A DNA stretch of 64,000 bases from a virus: the IMG/VR virus record IMGVR_UViG_3300042521_002634, positions 34,427 to 98,426 of that record. One strand, 5' to 3'. Below are positions 1 through 9,220 of this stretch, one piece after another. The translations under genes and the position numbers were made by a program. Numbering within the stretch: the stretch's first letter is position 1; each line of letters starts with the position of its first letter. The notes beneath the pieces are model-generated. The model had not been told where the DNA came from. It saw nothing but the letters and a program-made list of their open reading frames with translations, and searched no databases.

Positions 1-279
1 GGCGTCAGCGTCTGCGGAAGTTAAGGTCGTGCCAGCTGCCTCTGCTTTATCGTACACTGGAATAAATTCTAAAGTTACTTGATATACCTCAAGATCATTG
101 AGGATGTCGGAGTCGTCGATCATAATCGGCAGCCAAGTACCGTCTGCACGCACGTACATTTTCTTTTTTTCTTGGCTTGAAAACACGAGGTAGGTGATAT
201 TTGCGCTCTCAGCGTCGACACCAGCGAAGAGAATCTCATTCTCTTTAATCTCTGTTGGCCATTGTTTAGCAACGTTCAT
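1..279 (-). CDS. Hypothetical protein, 3' end outside window (MNVAKQWPTEIKENEILFAGVD...)
   Basis: ATG at 279 directly after the stop of 280..660; open to the window edge; not in ORF track. Confidence 0.7.
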   Translation of the reverse strand, partial: MNVAKQWPTEIKENEILFAGVDAESANITYLVFSSQEKKKMYVRADGTWLPIMIDDSDILNDLEVYQVTLEFIPVYDKAEAAGTTLTSADADA

Positions 280-660
280 TTAGTACCTGCCGTCTATTGA
301 TTCTTTAAACATTTTTTCCATTTGTTCAGCTGACGCCGTTTTCTTCTTAGAACCTGACAAAAACCAAGACCTGTCAGAATCTTGAAAAGCGCGGATAGTA
401 TACTGAGCACCGCGCGATGTAAACTTTATTATTCCTTCTTTTTCGTTTATATCAAGATCCTCATCAGATTGTAACGGGTACTCGGATGTACGAGAGTACA
501 TAGGGCACATAACTGCAGTTCCTCTAAGACGCACTGAGAACACAGGGCGCGATCCAGCAGGCTTGCCATCTATAGACGTATCTAAAACTGCAACACCTTC
601 CACAAGAAGATACATAGTTTCTGACGACTTATAGTCTGCTATTTTTAGTTTTCTGGCCAT
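280..660 (-). CDS. Hypothetical protein downstream of the giant head-associated protein
   Basis: 126-aa ORF starting 3 nt after the 664 stop. Confidence 0.75.
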   Translation of the reverse strand: MARKLKIADYKSSETMYLLVEGVAVLDTSIDGKPAGSRPVFSVRLRGTAVMCPMYSRTSEYPLQSDEDLDINEKEGIIKFTSRGAQYTIRAFQDSDRSWFLSGSKKKTASAEQMEKMFKESIDGRY

Positions 661-663
661 AAG

Positions 664-3600
664 TTAGTTAGATCCTTTGCTTTGTTCATCTGAAGTAAGA
701 TACGTCCACCCTGGGAAATCGTTTTCAATTTCTTGATACTCATAGGTAAACGGTGCGCCAATAGCTCCCGTGTACCTGGTGTACGAAAGATACGCGCCGT
801 TAGTAAGACGAACGATGACTCTTTCTTGTTTTTCATTGTTCAGGTCTTTGACTGCAACAATGACCGCGTTTTCATCTACTGGCGGAGCGTATTCTTTTGC
901 CCGTCCTGATGGATCTTCATTTAGCCAGTCTTTGTACTTTTTCGCGCCACCAAAATCTTCTCCAAACCTGGTTTTAAGATTTTCATCTAGTTTTGTTTGG
1001 AACTTCTTAACTGCGCCTTCTTTTTCCATAACTACACCTTGACCGCCAACTGTCACAACTTCGTCAACAGACCTTCCGTTTATTTCAGTTATTCCGCGGT
1101 TCTTGAGTTCTTCAATCAAAAATGGAACTACTCTTGTGTGAACAACGATGTCTTTTAGCATATCAGTGCTAACTCTGTCCTTGAACATCAGCTCATAGCC
1201 GCCAGGAGCAGCGTTCTTAAGATTGTCGTTTTCTTCAGATCTAGCGCCATAAGTATCGACGTAGTTGGCATAGAAATCAAGTCGCGTGAACAGATCAACC
1301 GCGTCAAATGTCACTGTAGCGTCACTGGCGTCACTGACGCCGTAGCCGATACTTGAGGTTACAGTCATGTCTTTAGGCGAGAAGAATACGTAGTCTGCAC
1401 CGCCCGTGGCCATGTCAGTTTCTGAAGACTGACCCGAGCCGCCGACGCCTTCGGTCCATCTTGCCAACGTCGACATAAGTGCTCTGTTTGGCCCAACGAT
1501 AATGTCTGCTATCTTTTTGGCCGCAAGTTCTGGGTCAGGGCGGTACCCAGCAGACACAGTTAAATTATGCTCTGCAATTTCAATTTTAGCTTCTTTTGCC
1601 AAAGCTGCTGCTTTTTCTTTAGAAACTCGCATCTCGATACGGCCATTGGCGCCAACACCAACGTAGACGTCTTCAACTCCAATACCGTATTTAGTTTTTA
1701 CTTCAGAGAGAATCTCTTGTCTGACTTCTGGTCTAGCTTCATTTCTTGACGCATTTGTTTTTCCACCAAGCACGCTCATAAGCCGATTTTCAATAAGAAC
1801 GCGAAAATCTTGCTCTACCGATGGGCGTGGGTCAACAACGCCAGCAATATTAAATGCTGAGCGCACGCTGTCTGGCGACACGCCGTCTGGGACATCTATG
1901 ATTACATAGTTGTTTAAGGCATTAACTACTTCATCGTAGTCCTCAACGCTTCGTGAAAAGACATGGTCTGTGTAAGAGCCTTGCGCTCCACGGAAAAATT
2001 GAATTTTTACGCCGTTAGGTAGTGTTGCTTCATATGTTGTTCCGTGGCGCCAATTGTTATAAACATTTGTATCTGGCTTTAAAGCTGGGACTGCAGCATC
2101 TTTTCGACTAATCTCTTTGAGTGCTACTCCATTAGTTATTGTGTACTCGTTGCGTTTAAGATCTTGTACATCTTTATACAATTGTTCACCAGCCCAAGCT
2201 GTGAGCTTGTATCTCATTCGAGTTATTTGCTCAGACGTCTCAAGAGAGCGTAGTCTAGTTACACGAACTGACATGTCTTCTATGTCAGTCGAGTCTATCG
2301 CCGCGTAAGAACCAATAATTGCTGCATTCGGCTCGTCTGAAGCTACAAACGCAAACGCATCTGCAAGAGACGGCGTGCCAGGTATTCCTGAAGAAGTGTA
2401 TGGTAACGCTTCTTCAATAATTACTGGCTCAACGCCTGGTCCAACTACTCCCTGCTGTTTATCTTTTTTACTTTTTGGAGGTTCAGGCGCTCTAGGAGCT
2501 AGAGGCATGTTGTCTGGAAACGGAACTTCAGGAGCTTTGGGAGCCCCTTTCGGGGCTTCAGCTTTTGGGAGTTCAGGTCCAGACGGTTCCGGTGCTGTAG
2601 GCGTGCCACCGCCGCCACCTTCTCCACCAACAATTTCAAGAGTCTTAGTTGACTTAATTTTTTCCTTGCTACCGTCTGTTGGCTTGACGTAGACGTAGTT
2701 CCAGTTAGATGGATCATAGCGATGAACAACGTACGTCACACCGTCTTTAGACTTAACTGTCATTCCTGGTTTTACCAGTGTGACTTTGTCTTTTGAAAGT
2801 CCTAGTCCGCTACCAGGCGGTGGAAGATCTTTGTCGATGACGACAACAGGATCGTAGATCGTGCCATCTAAGTTCTTGATTATATGATCAATCGCTTCAG
2901 CTGTGGCTTCTTTTGCAACTGGCTCACCGCCGCTTGCTGAAATTTCATCACGAAGAGCGGCGAGTTCAGCTGCTGCCTCTTCACGAGTTATTTCACCGGC
3001 GTCGTAGCGCTCGCGAATATCTTCAATCTTTGCACGAGTCTTCTTGTACTTAGACTTATCACTGCCTTCAAGACCCCAGTCGCTAGAAAGATACGTTTCA
3101 ATATCGTCAAAGATGACGTCAAACGCATTGCTAACTTCTTCATCGCTTGGTAGTTGCCGTACTTTTGGCTCAGCAAGTTCAGCGTCTGTCGGTGTTGCTT
3201 CTGCGATTAGCTCGTTTACAGAAGGCAGATCGCATGGATTAGTTGCTGCAGACGTTAGTCCGCCTTCGCAATTCCAACCTTTAGCGATTGCTTTGTCCAT
3301 CGCAAAACGAGCAAGTTCATCTTTAAATGCTTCGATAGACTCAGGACTCTTGTCTGCTGGAGCTGTCGGCCGCTGAGCAACTTCTGGCATATTTAGTACA
3401 GAGTCTTCAATGTCAAATCTGTCTAGAACGTCAGCACGACGCTTCTTTAACCGATCTTTGAGACCTTCAGCCATGCCAGGATCTGTGACGATTGAATCAA
3501 CTATTTGATCAATTCTTTGAGGAGTGATGTCCAGCAGTTTTTGAGCTGACGCTTTGCGCTGTTCTTCAGTCATTCCACCAAAGACTCTAGATGCTGATGG

Positions 3601-6600
3601 GTTGATGTCCGGATCTGTAAGAGTATCAATCTCGCCTACGCTGTCGCCAAACATGTCGCCTTTTTCAGCGCCACGAGCACGGAACAGCAGTGCGCCACCC
3701 GGATCTACACGAAGAGGATTTCCATCGTTATCTACAACTATGTTGTCGTACACGAGGCCAGCGACATCGTAGTTACCGAGCCACGCGTCAATTGCAAAAT
3801 CTTCGCGGATCTTATCAATGAACTCACCGTCATTTAGTCGATCAGCAAGAGTTTCACCAGTTGTTGAAACAATAGGTGACACTGTACGTGGTGCGCCGTC
3901 TGCTTCACCTACGCGAACGTCTACAGCGTTTACGCCTAGTTCTTTGTAGAATGCAGACGCAAGAGCTTCGTTCTCTGCGTGCTTGAGAGACTTAGATTCT
4001 TTTACGTAGTAGATGTCACCATCTGGGTCTTCGTACGTTCCGCCGAGGTTTGAACCGAGTTGCGGTCCAACTTTGTCCCAGCTTGCGACGTTTGGCTTGG
4101 CTGGTGTGTCAACTGCTGCGTCGTCACCTGGTCCAAAAATATCTGAGTCAGCTGCACCACCGTCAGCGTCAACGCCAGAAGCTGAAACTTGGCGCAAACT
4201 CACGACAGTCAAGTCTGTTCGTCCACCCATTTCAACTCTGCGAGTGCTGTCTACTTCGTAATTACCCCAAGCAATATGCTCTGCTTCTCCTGAAAACCAA
4301 GACACAGACGCGAACGAGATTGAAGTACCCTCATTTGGCTGTATCTCAAACACAATATGCGTTGTCTCGCTGTTTGGAGGATACTTCAGCAGCGACACGA
4401 TATCCTCAGCTGCTTCATCTTTAGTTGTAAATGAGCGAGCGTCAATAGGCAGAACTACGCCAGGAGTTAGGTACTGCTGAAGTGCCGGGTCATCTTTTCT
4501 CACGTCGATGTAACGATGAAGGCGAACATCATTCTTTTCAGCGGACGCGGCCATCAAACGGAAAAACGCTCCAGCTGAAGATTGATCTGAGAATATGTCA
4601 GCATCTCCGTCAGAGATAGCTTCTTTTCCTGTAGTCCACTCCGGGTACCCGCCGTACTCACTAATCAGCCTGTCGTACTCTGCTAGCGCGACTTCTTCAT
4701 CTCCGCCGCTTTGACGTTTAACAGACTCATAGACTGCGCGACGGAAGCCGCTAGTGCTTTGTACTGGTCGCTTGTCGTCCATATCGTTTGTTGATCCACC
4801 GTCGATACTCATCAGCATTCCCCAGAAACCTCTAAAAGCTTCTCGTTCATCAGCTGAGTCACTAAACGACCACGGCATATAGCTGTCTAATACATTTCCA
4901 AGATTTTCAGCGCTGTACTCGTTTAAGTTTGGATCATTTTGACGGTTAATAAGATCGTCTGCAACTTCTTTAATGCTTGGATTCTTTTCTTCATTCTTCG
5001 CAGCGTCTGTCATCTGCGCCACAGCAAGCGCTGCGCGTTGCGGAGTTGCTAGCTCGCCATTACGCTTGATCGCTTGCTTGATTTCCCAATCGCGTGCAGT
5101 ATTGATGTCAGCCGGGTTAAAGTCTTCTCCACCGATCTTGTCAAGGTCGTCTCGCTGCATAGTGATGCGCTCAACGTTTGTTTCACTGCCTTCAGGTAAC
5201 GCGGAGTCGTAGATGCCAGCGACAACAATGTCGGAGTCGATTCCAGCAAAATCAAGTGATTCATACAAAGCTTCTGCTGGAACTGCTTCATCGCCACCGT
5301 CAAATGGCAAATAGCCAAGTCCGATCGCAACGTCACCATCGCTAGACGGTACCAACGCTTGACGAAGAGCTTTCTGTAGATTTTCTGCAGTAAAACTATT
5401 CGCTAAAATCTGAGGATCATCAGTGTAGTCTGTGCTGTCTTGGTCTACACGTCCGCGTGGGTTGTATTGCTCGAACACATTTAGTTTGTACGAATCGTCA
5501 GAAGTGATAAACGTTTCATCGAACAATGATTGATCTACTGGATCGTTAGTCTCAGGCGTACTAGGAGCTTTTTCTGCAGTAAGGTACGGCACTGCTCCTT
5601 CTTCACTGGCTAACTTTCTAATAGATTTCTCGGCGTTGGACTTAGCTTTTTCTATAGAGAAACCACGAAGCTCGACGTTTTCTATTTGCTTTTTCAGACT
5701 GTTATAGATTTGATCGTTGTTTGGCACGTCGTCAATAGCTACGCCAAGTAGATCTAAAACTTCGCTTGCATCGACAGCTCCACTGTTATAAGAGTCGAAT
5801 AACGCTTTTACTTCGCTAACTACACCGTCTAGCGCCGAAGGCTCAGCAGCGACTTCAAGTTCTGCACGCCTACCACTAAAATCAATAGTTGGAAGAGAGA
5901 GATACTCATCAACTGCTTCCTTGAGCACAGAACCGGCGTCTTGCATGTCTGCATTAGTCGCGTTAGAGAGAAGTTCTGCCATTTCTCCAAGGTCAGCGCG
6001 AGCTTGATCGAAGTAAATATCGTTAAGCTGCGAGCCCTCTGGGTCTATGTTGTCTAGCGCGTCTCTAGCAGAGTCCGACAGCTTATTGATTTTTTCAAGA
6101 ATGTTCGCATCGTCGTCGTCTAAGTCATCGAGATCTGCATCATCAATGTCTGTAAGAATTCCTTCCGCTGTAAGTGCGCCTTCGTCAAGAATGTCTCGAG
6201 CAGCTTCTGGTGATGTAAACGGTGGCTCGCCTGGGCCGGCAGTTGGCAGATCAAGCTCGTCTCCCCATCTATCTACAAATGCATTAACAGCATCTTCTAC
6301 AGACGTTTCGCCATTTTCTATTTGCGAAGCTTGATCGTTTAGATAATCAAGCACATCGTCTGTTAGACTATCAACGTCTACGCCTTTTTCTTCTAACGCT
6401 TCTGTTAGCTTGCTTACAATCTCTTGAGATTTGCCGTAGTCGTCTGGCTCGTCTGGACCGCCTGTAGGTGGCTTGCCTGGGGCGCCGGCTGGTGGCTCGC
6501 CCGGGCCTTCGGTTGTTCCGCCAAACGCACGCGCAATTTCTTCGTCGTCGTAGCCGAGTATGTCAGCGATTTTTGCAAAATAGTCATTTGCAATTTTTTC

Positions 6601-8424
6601 CATCGCCTCGTCTTGATCATCAGAATCTTCAATTTCTTTAGCCGCGTCCATTTTGTCTTGCCGCTCTTCAAAAGCGTTGACAATAGCTTTCTTTTCAGAA
6701 CGATTAAACGAATCATTATCATCAATGTTTCTAATGAGGTCTTCGTACTCGTCGCCATCAATGTTGCCAATGTTGTATCCACTTGTGTTTCTTAGGAACT
6801 CGTCACGCTCGGGGCTACCAGGACCTCCGCCTGTGGGTGGCTCGCCTGGGGCGCCAGTTGGTGGCTCGCCTGGAGCGCCTTTAGTGAGTTCGTCAAACAG
6901 CTCTTCACGCTCGGAGCCTTCGCTGTCGTCTTCAAACCTAGCGTCGAATGCTCCGTCGCGCCCTGGGCCGCCAAGGAACGCATTAGCCTCTGCTGGTGTA
7001 AGACGCGGCTTATTGAACGTGACAACTATTGCATCTGCGCCTTCTAGAGTTGGTGTTGTGTCAATTTCTACGAATCCGCCAAGATCATTAGCTCTCTTAA
7101 CTTGATCAGCAAAAGTCTCTAAATCATATTCGTACTCAGCAAGTGGGAACGAGATACTTACTCCGTTACCCTTTGGAATTGTGTTCGGTACAGCGAATGG
7201 TGGCTCGTCTGCTGGTGTTGACAGAGCTTCAAGATCTTGCTTGTAGTCGTCTTGATCAGCAAGAACAGCTTTTTGAACCTCGCTCCATGAGCGCATTACT
7301 TTTTTATCTTTTGCAAACGGATCAGTGTCAGTCGCTTCCATTCGTCGCACTGAGTAGCCGTAGTCAACGCCTGTGCCAGCCGCGTTAGGTCGTGCTTCGC
7401 GCTTTACTGTATAGCCGTCATCGCTTGTGTATTCAGAATAAGACGTGCGGCCCACTTGTCGCGTTTTGCCTAATTGCTTCCAACCGCTAGGAGCATCCTT
7501 GCGCGTGAGAGTTGCTGAGTCTACATAGACATCGTCCATAGCATCATCACGGTCTGGAAGTTCTTCTACAGCTTTTGTAGGAAGAACAGCTTTAACTGAC
7601 TCACCCTTTGCAGATGGCATAGTGTAGACGCCGTCGTCAAGATCTTTGCTTCCAGTTACCTCGATCTCAATTGCGTCAGTACCTGAAGCGCCAACAACAC
7701 GACCCGACACCGTCTTGAACAGTCCGTCAGGCAGACGTAACTTGAACGACCAGCCGCCGCCCATTTCAGCAAAACGGCCTTTGCGGTCGCGACGTTGAAG
7801 CTTGGCACGAAGACTTCTAGCAGCGTCTGAGTTTCCACCGAGACCAAGAACTGCAATGATAGGTGTCAACTGTAAATCAGCGTCGATTCTAATGTCGCGT
7901 GGAATAGCGCCTACTGGAAGTACTGATATTCGTGTAAACGCATGGCGATGTTCGACAGAACCTGGAGTCTGCGAGTACGCTGCTGCGACAAGATTTCGTA
8001 AGTTATCGTCAATTCGTGGATCAGCGGCAAGCCACTGTGCACGCGCAGCGCGTAGTGACGCTTCATTCATCGTGTGTGAACGAGTAGAAAGCGGATGCGC
8101 GACTGGCAAAAGATCTGTGTTAGACAGACGCTCTACACCAGGCTTTCCAGTTCGTGAAAGGTTTATAAATGAATTTACAGCTCGTATAGCCGCAAAAACT
8201 CGTGCAGCAGGCTTAGCACTTGAAGACGATGTTTGAAGAGATCGTGAAGCTGCTATTACAGCAGAGTACGGTGAAATCTGACGATGTGTTTGCAGCTCTG
8301 AGTTTGCACTGACGACCATATCCATGATCGCACCCTTTAGAGCTTTTTGATATGTCAATGGCAGGTCAGCAAACGCGTGACTATACTGATAGCTGCGTTT
8401 CTTTTGTTTATTGTGCTTAGTCAC
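664..8424 (-). CDS. Giant (2586 aa) head-associated polyvalent protein: R-S-E ADP-ribosyltransferase, HipA/PI3K-like kinase, probable H-Y-E ART
   Basis: QRRDRKGRFAEMGG motif; ART motifs LHRY...RSFTT...EAE (~4200-4530); kinase motifs GSNLGG...YYVK...NEALA...WLGNYD...DNI...RVDPGG (~3420-4080); C-terminal H...LMS...GGADYVF...YELMFK (~1050-1580); located in portal operon. Confidence 0.7.
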   Translation of the reverse strand: MTKHNKQKKRSYQYSHAFADLPLTYQKALKGAIMDMVVSANSELQTHRQISPYSAVIAASRSLQTSSSSAKPAARVFAAIRAVNSFINLSRTGKPGVERLSNTDLLPVAHPLSTRSHTMNEASLRAARAQWLAADPRIDDNLRNLVAAAYSQTPGSVEHRHAFTRISVLPVGAIPRDIRIDADLQLTPIIAVLGLGGNSDAARSLRAKLQRRDRKGRFAEMGGGWSFKLRLPDGLFKTVSGRVVGASGTDAIEIEVTGSKDLDDGVYTMPSAKGESVKAVLPTKAVEELPDRDDAMDDVYVDSATLTRKDAPSGWKQLGKTRQVGRTSYSEYTSDDGYTVKREARPNAAGTGVDYGYSVRRMEATDTDPFAKDKKVMRSWSEVQKAVLADQDDYKQDLEALSTPADEPPFAVPNTIPKGNGVSISFPLAEYEYDLETFADQVKRANDLGGFVEIDTTPTLEGADAIVVTFNKPRLTPAEANAFLGGPGRDGAFDARFEDDSEGSEREELFDELTKGAPGEPPTGAPGEPPTGGGPGSPERDEFLRNTSGYNIGNIDGDEYEDLIRNIDDNDSFNRSEKKAIVNAFEERQDKMDAAKEIEDSDDQDEAMEKIANDYFAKIADILGYDDEEIARAFGGTTEGPGEPPAGAPGKPPTGGPDEPDDYGKSQEIVSKLTEALEEKGVDVDSLTDDVLDYLNDQASQIENGETSVEDAVNAFVDRWGDELDLPTAGPGEPPFTSPEAARDILDEGALTAEGILTDIDDADLDDLDDDDANILEKINKLSDSARDALDNIDPEGSQLNDIYFDQARADLGEMAELLSNATNADMQDAGSVLKEAVDEYLSLPTIDFSGRRAELEVAAEPSALDGVVSEVKALFDSYNSGAVDASEVLDLLGVAIDDVPNNDQIYNSLKKQIENVELRGFSIEKAKSNAEKSIRKLASEEGAVPYLTAEKAPSTPETNDPVDQSLFDETFITSDDSYKLNVFEQYNPRGRVDQDSTDYTDDPQILANSFTAENLQKALRQALVPSSDGDVAIGLGYLPFDGGDEAVPAEALYESLDFAGIDSDIVVAGIYDSALPEGSETNVERITMQRDDLDKIGGEDFNPADINTARDWEIKQAIKRNGELATPQRAALAVAQMTDAAKNEEKNPSIKEVADDLINRQNDPNLNEYSAENLGNVLDSYMPWSFSDSADEREAFRGFWGMLMSIDGGSTNDMDDKRPVQSTSGFRRAVYESVKRQSGGDEEVALAEYDRLISEYGGYPEWTTGKEAISDGDADIFSDQSSAGAFFRLMAASAEKNDVRLHRYIDVRKDDPALQQYLTPGVVLPIDARSFTTKDEAAEDIVSLLKYPPNSETTHIVFEIQPNEGTSISFASVSWFSGEAEHIAWGNYEVDSTRRVEMGGRTDLTVVSLRQVSASGVDADGGAADSDIFGPGDDAAVDTPAKPNVASWDKVGPQLGSNLGGTYEDPDGDIYYVKESKSLKHAENEALASAFYKELGVNAVDVRVGEADGAPRTVSPIVSTTGETLADRLNDGEFIDKIREDFAIDAWLGNYDVAGLVYDNIVVDNDGNPLRVDPGGALLFRARGAEKGDMFGDSVGEIDTLTDPDINPSASRVFGGMTEEQRKASAQKLLDITPQRIDQIVDSIVTDPGMAEGLKDRLKKRRADVLDRFDIEDSVLNMPEVAQRPTAPADKSPESIEAFKDELARFAMDKAIAKGWNCEGGLTSAATNPCDLPSVNELIAEATPTDAELAEPKVRQLPSDEEVSNAFDVIFDDIETYLSSDWGLEGSDKSKYKKTRAKIEDIRERYDAGEITREEAAAELAALRDEISASGGEPVAKEATAEAIDHIIKNLDGTIYDPVVVIDKDLPPPGSGLGLSKDKVTLVKPGMTVKSKDGVTYVVHRYDPSNWNYVYVKPTDGSKEKIKSTKTLEIVGGEGGGGGTPTAPEPSGPELPKAEAPKGAPKAPEVPFPDNMPLAPRAPEPPKSKKDKQQGVVGPGVEPVIIEEALPYTSSGIPGTPSLADAFAFVASDEPNAAIIGSYAAIDSTDIEDMSVRVTRLRSLETSEQITRMRYKLTAWAGEQLYKDVQDLKRNEYTITNGVALKEISRKDAAVPALKPDTNVYNNWRHGTTYEATLPNGVKIQFFRGAQGSYTDHVFSRSVEDYDEVVNALNNYVIIDVPDGVSPDSVRSAFNIAGVVDPRPSVEQDFRVLIENRLMSVLGGKTNASRNEARPEVRQEILSEVKTKYGIGVEDVYVGVGANGRIEMRVSKEKAAALAKEAKIEIAEHNLTVSAGYRPDPELAAKKIADIIVGPNRALMSTLARWTEGVGGSGQSSETDMATGGADYVFFSPKDMTVTSSIGYGVSDASDATVTFDAVDLFTRLDFYANYVDTYGARSEENDNLKNAAPGGYELMFKDRVSTDMLKDIVVHTRVVPFLIEELKNRGITEINGRSVDEVVTVGGQGVVMEKEGAVKKFQTKLDENLKTRFGEDFGGAKKYKDWLNEDPSGRAKEYAPPVDENAVIVAVKDLNNEKQERVIVRLTNGAYLSYTRYTGAIGAPFTYEYQEIENDFPGWTYLTSDEQSKGSN
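6220..6880 (-). repeat. GAPGEPPT-type Pro/Gly linker repeats inside the giant protein
   Basis: ggtggctcgcctgg-like units near 6221, 6467-6505 and 6837-6880 separate acidic modules. Confidence 0.75.
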
Positions 8425-8435
8425 GTTTACCTACT

Positions 8436-9218
8436 TTATCTCTTCTTTGGTAACAGGTCTGAGTCAATACTGCTGTACAAGTCAACAGCAAGTCTTTTAG
8501 CTCTTATGTACGGACTTTCGTCTGCTCGCACAGCACGAACCCACGCGGCGCGAAGCGCCGGGATAATTTCGTAGCCTTGACCAGAAAATTCAGCAAAAGC
8601 TAATATCGCATCTTCTGGTGTAGCGTAATCTGCTTCATCTTTGATCTCGACGTCAAGAAGTCCAGAAGCCGTGATTGATGTCTTACTTCGTGATGATTTA
8701 GGGTGACCGCTTGGCAGAATATCGTTGTCTTGCTTGTAGTTTGGATTAGCTGGTCGTCCAGATCTTAAAAGTCGAAGATACGCGTTTACACGAGCCATTG
8801 CCCAGCGGTCTCTTGTCATGCCTGGACGATGCGAACTTGAAAATGCTCCAGCGCCGCGACGATAGACTGCCTTAAGTTGCGCCATCGTTGCTCTTCGGCC
8901 ATTTGGAGCTTTTTCATTGTGCTCTTTGACTTTGTTGCGTAGCGCCGTTTCTGTCTTAGCAGAGAACGTAATCTTTTTGCCACCTGCTGCCGAGCCTGGC
9001 TTGTTCTTCTTAGAACCGTAGATACGATCTTTCTTAGGAGCTCGACGAGACTTTGCAAATTCTTGAGATGTAGCTGCGTCTTTAGGCACACAGTTTGGGA
9101 CCATCTTGCCATTTTTCTTTTTCATTCCAACTTGAACATAGCCGTCCCAACAAGGACCGCGCCCTGCGGCGGTAACTGGTTGATACGAATCTAAAAGATC
9201 AATTGGCTCAGTTGACAT
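8436..9218 (-). CDS. Conserved phage head-region protein
   Basis: CWDGYVQVGMKKKNGKMVPNCVP motif and AVYRRGAGAF...WAMARVNAYL domain; lies between portal and giant protein. Confidence 0.65.
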   Translation of the reverse strand: MSTEPIDLLDSYQPVTAAGRGPCWDGYVQVGMKKKNGKMVPNCVPKDAATSQEFAKSRRAPKKDRIYGSKKNKPGSAAGGKKITFSAKTETALRNKVKEHNEKAPNGRRATMAQLKAVYRRGAGAFSSSHRPGMTRDRWAMARVNAYLRLLRSGRPANPNYKQDNDILPSGHPKSSRSKTSITASGLLDVEIKDEADYATPEDAILAFAEFSGQGYEIIPALRAAWVRAVRADESPYIRAKRLAVDLYSSIDSDLLPKKR

Positions 9219-9220
9219 TG

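Noticed and set aside
770-8236. Numerous + strand ORFs over the giant gene
   Set aside because: Antisense shadows without RBS or recognisable motifs
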